In this document: positions 1-5,674 of the stretch, piece by piece
How positions within the stretch are numbered: the first letter of the stretch is position 1
Layout: every line of letters starts with the position of its first letter
Virus record (IMG/VR): IMGVR_UViG_3300017917_002479
Reading direction: 5' to 3' (one strand)
Source of the DNA: an uncultured virus (IMG/VR IMGVR_UViG_3300017917_002479)
Taxonomy: Duplodnaviria; Heunggongvirae; Uroviricota; Caudoviricetes
Length of the DNA stretch: 20,000 bases
Translations under genes and position numbers: made by a program
Notes under the pieces: generated by a model
Told to the model about the DNA's origin: nothing
Database searches by the model: none
Seen by the model: the letters and a program-made list of their open reading frames with translations, nothing else

Positions 1-1
1 A

Positions 2-262
2 GCCAAGCTGCCCTACGACTGCACACTCAACATGGTCGTCGAGGTCCGCTACGGGAAGGTCCGCGAGTGGACCGACCTGCACGACCGCACGCAGTGGATT
101 GGCTGGGGTTCCTCGAACACCACCGACGAGCGCTTCGTGGTGTCGAGCATGTCGACGAAGCAGAAGGCCAAGGCGCTGGCGCTGGACGGGCACATGGTCC
201 CCGACATTGCGTCGAAGCTCCAGCGCCCGGCGCGCGTCATTGAGAAGTGGCTCGGTCTTTAA
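2..262 (+). CDS. 5'-truncated CDS; C-terminal end with an HTH-like tail, possibly of a phage primase/helicase-type replication protein
   Basis: Frame is open from the window start (AKLPYDCTLNMVVEVRYGKVRE...). The C-terminus ALALDGHMVPDIASKLQRPARVIEKWL looks like an HTH. Function is a guess. Confidence 0.5.
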   Translation, partial: AKLPYDCTLNMVVEVRYGKVREWTDLHDRTQWIGWGSSNTTDERFVVSSMSTKQKAKALALDGHMVPDIASKLQRPARVIEKWLGL

Positions 263-680
263 CCAGTGCAATTACGCGCGCGTTCGGAAAGAACTTGCGC
301 ACCTCATCAGCGGCGGCGGCGACCTCGGGATAGAGCGCCCGGTTCTCCGCCGCCGTTTTGCCAGCCAGATACGTGACCTCGTAGATGTCCTCCAGCTCCG
401 GCGTGTGAGGCAGCCCACGCAGCTCGTCATCGTCCGGCGCAAGACGCTCCCGCACCACGGCAGCCGCAGCCTCCAGATGCTCAGGGATCGGTCGTCCCCG
501 GCGGATCAACTGCTCAACGTATTCGAGTTCTTTGGGGCCGAGGTTTTTGGGCATAAGTGTGGCCAGTCGAGAAATCGCCGGAACCACCGACAGACCAAAC
601 TCCACCGCCCCCTTAATCGAACTCAAGTCGTTTCCACGGACCCGCACGCACTCCAAGGGAGTGCGGGTCCGCCTGTTCAA
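237..680 (-). CDS. Hypothetical protein, lone inverted gene; true start uncertain (TTG 680, GTG 606 or ATG 554)
   Basis: Protein-like composition from MPKNLGPKELEY onward; lies downstream of a predicted leftward promoter. Confidence 0.55.
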   Translation of the reverse strand: MNRRTRTPLECVRVRGNDLSSIKGAVEFGLSVVPAISRLATLMPKNLGPKELEYVEQLIRRGRPIPEHLEAAAAVVRERLAPDDDELRGLPHTPELEDIYEVTYLAGKTAAENRALYPEVAAAADEVRKFFPNARVIALVKDRATSQ

Positions 681-711
681 ACCGACTCAAACCACAGACA
701 TTTATGGAGAC

Positions 712-751
712 CAGCGGAGCGGCAGTCCGGGGGACTGACGCGCAGCGTTCA
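712..751 (-). repeat. 40-nt hairpin element, left copy (inverted relative to 1185-1224)
   Basis: Reverse complement TGAACGCTGCGCGTCAGTCCCCCGGACTGCCGCTCCGCTG matches 1185-1224 at 35/40 positions. Confidence 0.9.
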
Positions 752-789
752 GCTCAAATCATCTCACTTCGAGAGCTAAGAGCGATTTC

Positions 790-818
790 TTGATACCTCA
801 CAAAAATTGACTTGGCAA
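790..818 (-). promoter_or_regulatory. Putative leftward sigma70-type promoter
   Basis: TTGCCA-N17-TATCAA on the - strand in an AT-rich intergenic region. Confidence 0.45.
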
Positions 819-842
819 CACCCTTGCACACCCCTAGGTGTC
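812..842 (+). promoter_or_regulatory. Putative rightward promoter overlapping a palindromic operator-like site
   Basis: TTGGCA-N17-TAGGTG; CACACC-CCTA-GGTGTC at 827-842. Confidence 0.35.
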
Positions 843-866
843 CTACTCCCACCACAGGAGTAACCC

Positions 867-1175
867 ATGACCAACGAGGATCGCGAGCGCCTTCTCAAAT
901 ACCGCCGTCGCTTCAAGGCGCGTGGCATCGACAAGCGTCGCCAAGATCGGCGTAATCCAGACCCGCGCGTCAAAAAGGGGGACCGCTTCGGCAAACTCGA
1001 AGTGACCCTCCCCAACTACCTTAACATCACTATGTGCATGGCCCGCTGCGAATGCGGCCACGAGGGCGCTTACCGCGCACAAGACCTGCTCGATGGCCGC
1101 AAATCCCATTGCGGGTGCAGCCGTAGTTATCGCCGGGGCGCGGCCCTCGGTGAGGGCCGGGCCGCGCCGGAATAG
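867..1175 (+). CDS. Small Arg-rich, Cys-containing protein (zinc-binding module of the type seen N-terminal to phage HNH/AP2 proteins)
   Basis: AGGAG RBS; GDRFGKLEV...CECG...LLDG..SHCGC motif; Arg-rich N-terminus; no HNH domain follows. Confidence 0.7.
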   Translation: MTNEDRERLLKYRRRFKARGIDKRRQDRRNPDPRVKKGDRFGKLEVTLPNYLNITMCMARCECGHEGAYRAQDLLDGRKSHCGCSRSYRRGAALGEGRAAPE

Positions 1176-1184
1176 ATTCGTGGT

Positions 1185-1224
1185 TGACCGCTGCGCGGCC
1201 GTCCCCCGGACGGCCTCTCCGCTG
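1185..1224 (+). repeat. 40-nt hairpin element, right copy
   Basis: TGACCGCTGCGCGGCCGTCCCCCGGACGGCCTCTCCGCTG; perfect stem GGCCGTCC-CCC-GGACGGCC at 1197-1215. Confidence 0.9.
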
Positions 1225-1253
1225 TCCTGTTCGCGCTCCCGTTTTATTTCTCA

Positions 1254-1289
1254 TGTCCCGTTGACGAGACACACCTAAAGGTGTCATCT
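1254..1289 (+). promoter_or_regulatory. Putative promoter with two overlapping palindromic sites
   Basis: TTGACG at 1261 preceded by an AT-rich tract; TGTCCCG-TTGA-CGAGACA (1254-1271) and CACACC-TAAA-GGTGTC (1270-1285). Confidence 0.45.
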
Positions 1290-1322
1290 ACACACCCACA
1301 CATGGCACGCGTGGGGTGGTCA

Positions 1323-1619
1323 ATGTCTCGTCGGATTGCGCTCTCCGAAACCCAAGTCGAATGGCTCCGTGCCAACCACCGGAAGCACACGCATGTTGAA
1401 CTTGCCACCGCCATTGGCTGCCATGTCGACACACTCAAACGCATCTTGGCCCGTCTTGGCCTCCAATCCTTTCCCGGCGCAAAATACCAAGTCGCGACCA
1501 CCTCGCTCATCCAAACTTGGAACCGCCCCTGCCTCGATTGCGGCTGCACCAAGTCGCGTCCCCGCCACCACTACTTCTGCAAGCCCTGCCGCACCCAACG
1601 AGGTTTCAATGACGAGTAA
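1323..1619 (+). CDS. HTH plus C4 zinc-finger putative transcription regulator
   Basis: THVELATAIGCHVDTLKRIL is HTH-like; CLDC...CKPC at the C-terminus; GGGGTGG upstream of ATG 1323. Confidence 0.7.
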   Translation: MSRRIALSETQVEWLRANHRKHTHVELATAIGCHVDTLKRILARLGLQSFPGAKYQVATTSLIQTWNRPCLDCGCTKSRPRHHYFCKPCRTQRGFNDE

Positions 1620-1809
1620 GCCTTTCATCCCCTACACCACCTCCCTCTACCCGTTCGAGCAGGCCCGCGCTCGCATCGGCGAAGCGGCCTACCGCCGCAG
1701 CATCCTGTTCTCCTACGTGATCCCTGTCCTTGCAGCCGAACTCGCGCCTCCTCCATCCCTCCGCGCCCACCTCCTCTCTTCCACCACCCTCAACCGGAGC
1801 CTCTTTTAA
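1609..1809 (+). CDS. Hypothetical protein (66 aa)
   Basis: Overlaps the preceding gene end, has TAATG coupling to the next gene, and uses C-ending codons like its neighbours. Confidence 0.55.
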   Translation: MTSKPFIPYTTSLYPFEQARARIGEAAYRRSILFSYVIPVLAAELAPPPSLRAHLLSSTTLNRSLF

Positions 1810-2012
1810 TGCCCCGCTACTTCACTCGGCGCGCCACCCCAAAGGCGACGCTCTACGTTGAAGACGATCACTATGGTCGGCCACAGGACATCATGCCCTC
1901 CGTGGACGAACACGAACCCACCTACACTGGCCTGCTCGATGCCAACGGCGACCCGATCTGGCGAGAACCCCGCGCAATCGGCTTCGGTCGGCACGACGAA
2001 TGGGACGAATAG
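1809..2012 (+). CDS. Small hypothetical phage protein
   Basis: TAATG coupling; TGLLDANGDPIWR...AIGF segment resembles small phage proteins. Confidence 0.65.
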   Translation: MPRYFTRRATPKATLYVEDDHYGRPQDIMPSVDEHEPTYTGLLDANGDPIWREPRAIGFGRHDEWDE

Positions 2013-2025
2013 CAGGAGCCTGACA

Positions 2026-2424
2026 ATGGAAACCACCACCCCCAAGAAGAAGCGCACCAATGGCCGCGCAATGAAGGCCAAGGGCGACCGCGTGGAACGC
2101 GAGGTGGCCGCCCACATGGCCAGCGTCTTGGGCCTCGACATCCGGCGCGCGCCGCTCTCCGGCGGCGGCGTCATCCATGGCCTGTCCGGGGGCGCTGACC
2201 TGTCCGGCACGCCGGGCCTCCACGTCGAGGTCAAGGCGGTCGAAGCGCTGTCCTTCCCCGCCGCCCTCGCGCAAGCCGAGGCGTCCCTCCTCAAGTCCCG
2301 CGCCCCCGAGGTGCCCATCGTCATCAACCGGCGCAACCGCCAGTCCACCGGCGACTCCTACGTCCTCCTCCGCCTCGACGCCTTCCTCGACTTCTACGCG
2401 TCGTGGCTGGCCCAACGCCCCTAA
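2026..2424 (+). CDS. PD-(D/E)xK nuclease, Holliday junction resolvase-like
   Basis: CAGGAG RBS; KAKGDRVEREVA...ADL...HVEVK motif pattern. Confidence 0.8.
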   Translation: METTTPKKKRTNGRAMKAKGDRVEREVAAHMASVLGLDIRRAPLSGGGVIHGLSGGADLSGTPGLHVEVKAVEALSFPAALAQAEASLLKSRAPEVPIVINRRNRQSTGDSYVLLRLDAFLDFYASWLAQRP

Positions 2425-2434
2425 GGAACCCGCC

Positions 2435-2689
2435 ATGACCTCCATCACCTCCATCACCTCCATCCCCTCGATCCTCGACGACTACGAGCCGCTCACCCCC
2501 TCGCCCGTCGACAAGTCCATCGAAACCCTCAACCGCCTCATCGAGATGGCCGAGCGCGCCGCCCCCAAGACGACCCTCATCACTGGCCCCGGCGGTCTCG
2601 GCCGCATCCCCTACAGCCACAGCACGCTCACTGTGCCTCCAGCAATGGGCATTGCCCCCTCTCCATTCGGGACGACCACCCTCTCGTAA
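2435..2689 (+). CDS. Hypothetical protein (84 aa)
   Basis: TAAGGA RBS; begins with three ACCTCCATC units (TSI x3). Confidence 0.6.
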   Translation: MTSITSITSIPSILDDYEPLTPSPVDKSIETLNRLIEMAERAAPKTTLITGPGGLGRIPYSHSTLTVPPAMGIAPSPFGTTTLS

Positions 2690-2695
2690 CCCCTT

Positions 2696-2729
2696 AACGT
2701 CCTCGACAACCACCATTGTCGAGGACGTT
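2696..2729 (+). promoter_or_regulatory. Perfect 14-bp hairpin occluding the RBS of the spike-base gene
   Basis: AACGTCCTCGACAA-CCACCA-TTGTCGAGGACGTT; GAGGA lies in the 3' arm; ATG at 2732. Confidence 0.75.
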
Positions 2730-2731
2730 TC

Positions 2732-3010
2732 ATGGCTGACCCCTACTCGAACGGCGCAGACATGTCGGCACCCGCCCAGCGCGGGGCAGCCGTCAACCTC
2801 GCGGCCGACACCACTTTCACCTCCGAAGCTGAACCCCGTGGCATTTGGGTCGGCGGCGCTGGCAACATTGTCATGTCGCTCGTCCACGCCCCGGCCACCT
2901 TCCTCACCTTCACCGGCGTCCAAGCTGGCACGATGTTGGCTGTCCGCCCCGCCGTAATCCGCTCGACTGCCAACGGCACGTCGGCCACTGGTATCTTGGC
3001 CCTCTGGTGA
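2732..3010 (+). CDS. Head spike base protein, RcGTA Rcc01079-like
   Basis: 92 aa; MADP...SAPA...RGIWVGGAGNI...TFTGVQAG...GTSATGILALW matches the pattern I recall for this family. Confidence 0.8.
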   Translation: MADPYSNGADMSAPAQRGAAVNLAADTTFTSEAEPRGIWVGGAGNIVMSLVHAPATFLTFTGVQAGTMLAVRPAVIRSTANGTSATGILALW

Positions 3011-3288
3011 TGCAAGACGCCCTCTTCATCACCTTCGTGATCCTGTTCGGCGCGGCCATGTCCGCGTTCGTCTACTGGCGCGCCTTCGCCTCGGCTCCCC
3101 CAGCCTCCACCGCCATCGAGTTCCCCACGCCCACCATCAAGATGCAGCGCGAAGCCGCCTCCCACGTGCGCCGCCTCGATCTCGCCATCGCCCAAGCCAC
3201 GGACCCCGCCCAGATCGCAGGCCTCACCGCTTGGCGCGATTTCTACGCCAACCTCCCTGACCCCGAAGACGCCGAAGAAGGAGCCTGA
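3010..3288 (+). CDS. Hypothetical protein with N-terminal hydrophobic helix
   Basis: TGATG coupling; LFITFVILFGAAMSAFVYW. Confidence 0.65.
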   Translation: MQDALFITFVILFGAAMSAFVYWRAFASAPPASTAIEFPTPTIKMQREAASHVRRLDLAIAQATDPAQIAGLTAWRDFYANLPDPEDAEEGA

Positions 3289-3291
3289 TCC

Positions 3292-3723
3292 ATGGGCACG
3301 CCCGTCCTCTACAACCAGTTCAAGCTCAAGCAGCACAATGGCAACGCCATTGACCTCGACAACGCGACCATCAAGGTGATGATCGTCACCAACTCCTACG
3401 TCCCCTCCCTCGCCCACGCCTTCAAGTCCGACATCACCTCCGAAGTCTCGGGCACCAACTACACCGCGCGCGGCACCGCCATCTCGGGCGTCACCCTCGC
3501 CCTCGACGGCAACACCGTCGAATGGGTCCACAACGACATCACGTGGCTCCAGTCCGCCTCCGGCTTCTCCAATGGCCGCACCTTCATCTGGTATGAAGAC
3601 ACGGGCGTCGACGCCACCTCCAAGCTCATCATGTATATGCAAGAGGGCGCAGACTTCGGGAACGTCGCTGGCGACCTGACCCTCGACGGCTCGCCCACCA
3701 CGGGCGTCCTCAACTTCACCTAA
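3292..3723 (+). CDS. Putative virion structural/fibre subunit
   Basis: GAAGGAG RBS; YNQFK...IDLD..TIKVMIV...EVSGTNYTARG resembles a common family of ~140-aa phage structural proteins. Confidence 0.7.
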   Translation: MGTPVLYNQFKLKQHNGNAIDLDNATIKVMIVTNSYVPSLAHAFKSDITSEVSGTNYTARGTAISGVTLALDGNTVEWVHNDITWLQSASGFSNGRTFIWYEDTGVDATSKLIMYMQEGADFGNVAGDLTLDGSPTTGVLNFT

Positions 3724-3731
3724 AAACCACC

Positions 3732-4724
3732 ATGGCTGGCCCCTTCCACAACGCAATCTGCGGCACCACCGCAAGTTCCCCCGGAACCGGCGCGTTCACC
3801 CCGAACGCCGCCGCCCCCGGCTTCCTTGCTTGGTCCACGGTCCCAACAGGTTGGATCGGCCTCGTGCGTTACCAAGACGGCTCCAACTGGGAACTCGCCT
3901 TCGGCTACTGGAACGGCACCACCATCAGCCGACCCTCCAACATCCTCGCGTCTTCGTCCGGCTCGCGTCTCTCCCTCTCGGCCTCGGCGACCGCCTCCCT
4001 CGTTGTCTCCGGCTTCAATGTCGCCCCCGCCATCCTTGGCGGGGACCGTGGCTGGATACCCCTCATCAACGGCACCACGCCCACGCCCATCGGGGTTGCG
4101 GCGGGAACCTTTACTGGCACCAACGCTGCGGTCACACCGACAACGACCAACTTCCTGACTGAGCAGCCGCGCTCTCAAATCACCAGCGCGACCACAGCCA
4201 ACGCCCAATCAGCTTTCGCTAACGGCACCAACTCCGTCTTGGTCAACACCACAGCCGGTCGTGGTGGCTGGATGGCCATGGCCCGGTTCGGTGCGTCCCA
4301 ACTTCCATCTGGCCCCCGCCTCTTCGTCGGTGTGACCTCGACCAGCCTTGTCGGCAACACGGGCGAACCCAGCGCCCTCACCGCCAACTACGCGACCTTC
4401 GCCAAGGACTCGACCGACACCAACATCCAGCTCCTCACGAACTCCAACGCTGGCACCGGAACCAAGATCGACACCGGCATTGCAATGGCCGCGAACGACT
4501 GGTTCCACGCGCAACTCTGGACGCCCCCCGGCTCGACCACGGTCCATGGCCTCCTCATCAAAATGAATGGCGGCTCGATCTACTACGGCTCCACCTCCAC
4601 CGACACGCCCGTCAACGGTGCAGCCATGGCTCCCAATGTGGTCAGCGGCCTGTCCGCCACCACCGGCACCGCCGTGATCTTCCATTTCGGCGGCTTCACC
4701 TTCCGCAACGGCGGCCTCCTCTAA
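3732..4724 (+). CDS. Putative virion structural protein (T/G/A/S-rich, beta-rich)
   Basis: 330 aa; composition and position within the structural module. Confidence 0.7.
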   Translation: MAGPFHNAICGTTASSPGTGAFTPNAAAPGFLAWSTVPTGWIGLVRYQDGSNWELAFGYWNGTTISRPSNILASSSGSRLSLSASATASLVVSGFNVAPAILGGDRGWIPLINGTTPTPIGVAAGTFTGTNAAVTPTTTNFLTEQPRSQITSATTANAQSAFANGTNSVLVNTTAGRGGWMAMARFGASQLPSGPRLFVGVTSTSLVGNTGEPSALTANYATFAKDSTDTNIQLLTNSNAGTGTKIDTGIAMAANDWFHAQLWTPPGSTTVHGLLIKMNGGSIYYGSTSTDTPVNGAAMAPNVVSGLSATTGTAVIFHFGGFTFRNGGLL

Positions 4725-5635
4725 TGTGGGGCATAAAAGGGTTTGGCGTCGAGCCATTCGCCTCGACCCCCATCTCCTCTGGAACGCCCACCACAATCTC
4801 GGTGACGGCGGCGACCCTCGCCGCCTCCCCCCTCGTAATCACGCTTAACGCCAGCCACCTGATCGGCGTCACACCCCAAAGCCTCGTCGCCGCTCCTCAA
4901 GCGACGCTAACCAACGCGCGTCGCTCCGTCCTCGTCACCACCTTGTCCGCCCTCTACACTGGGCAGACGATCACTCGTCTCACCGCCAACCGCGTCGTCG
5001 TCACCCCCCAAACCGCCGCCCTCACTGGCCAGCCAATCAACCTCAACAAGCGCCTCCTCGTGGGCGTCACCGTCCGCACGCTCCCGGCCACCCCCCAACC
5101 CATCCTAACCAACGCGCGTCGCTCCATCACCGTGACGCCCACCTCCCTCACTGCCACCCCCCAAACCGTCTTCACCAACCGGGGCACGTCCGTCTTCGCC
5201 TTTGTGCGCACGGCTACCCTCACGCCCCAGCCCATCACCGTAAACGCGCGCCGCTCGATCACCATCACGACGGCCACCCTCACTGCCACCCCTCGCCTCA
5301 TCCTCCGTTCGCTGCGCGTCCCCGTCACCGCGCGCACGGCCAGCTATGCCCCCCAAACCACTGGCCTCAACCGCCAGACCCGCATCGCTGTCACCGTCCG
5401 CACCCTCGCCTCCACCGCCCTCCCCATCACTCTCAACGCGCGCCGCAACATCGTGGCCACCACCCGCACGGCCACCTACACTGGCCAGCCCATAACCCTT
5501 CGTCTCGACCGGCGCGTCTCCGTATCCCCTGCCCTTGGCCTCTACGAGGCTCCCTTCATCCTCGCCCAAGTCAACTTCGACGACGGCCTCTGGCAGGATC
5601 GCGTGGCCAACCTGCGCATGACGCTGTCCCCCTAG
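4724..5635 (+). CDS. Fibre-like protein made of about 12 tandem 22-aa repeats
   Basis: TAATG coupling; repeat consensus approximately IxVTxxTLxxTPQPITxNARRS. Confidence 0.8.
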   Translation: MWGIKGFGVEPFASTPISSGTPTTISVTAATLAASPLVITLNASHLIGVTPQSLVAAPQATLTNARRSVLVTTLSALYTGQTITRLTANRVVVTPQTAALTGQPINLNKRLLVGVTVRTLPATPQPILTNARRSITVTPTSLTATPQTVFTNRGTSVFAFVRTATLTPQPITVNARRSITITTATLTATPRLILRSLRVPVTARTASYAPQTTGLNRQTRIAVTVRTLASTALPITLNARRNIVATTRTATYTGQPITLRLDRRVSVSPALGLYEAPFILAQVNFDDGLWQDRVANLRMTLSP

Positions 5636-5649
5636 CGGGACGACAGCCC

Positions 5650-5670
5650 CCACCATGCGGCGCATGGTGG
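5650..5670 (+). promoter_or_regulatory. Perfect inverted repeat occluding the RBS of the 905-aa gene
   Basis: CCACCATGCG-G-CGCATGGTGG, 4 nt before ATG 5675. Confidence 0.65.
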
Positions 5671-5674
5671 CCCT

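Noticed and set aside
99..779. 226-aa + strand ORF
   Set aside because: It is the antisense shadow of 237-680, overlaps the upstream gene and runs through the hairpin element.
845..855. CCACCA motifs as tRNA/tmRNA 3' ends (attP fragments)
   Set aside because: No T-arm (GTTCGA) or cloverleaf precedes any copy; most copies are tied to ribosome-binding sites.
867..1175. Complete HNH homing endonuclease
   Set aside because: Only the Cys-containing accessory module is present; no HNH catalytic motif.
2438..2464. ACCTCCATC x3 tandem repeat as a phase-variation tract
   Set aside because: The 9-nt unit preserves frame; it is simple low-complexity coding sequence.
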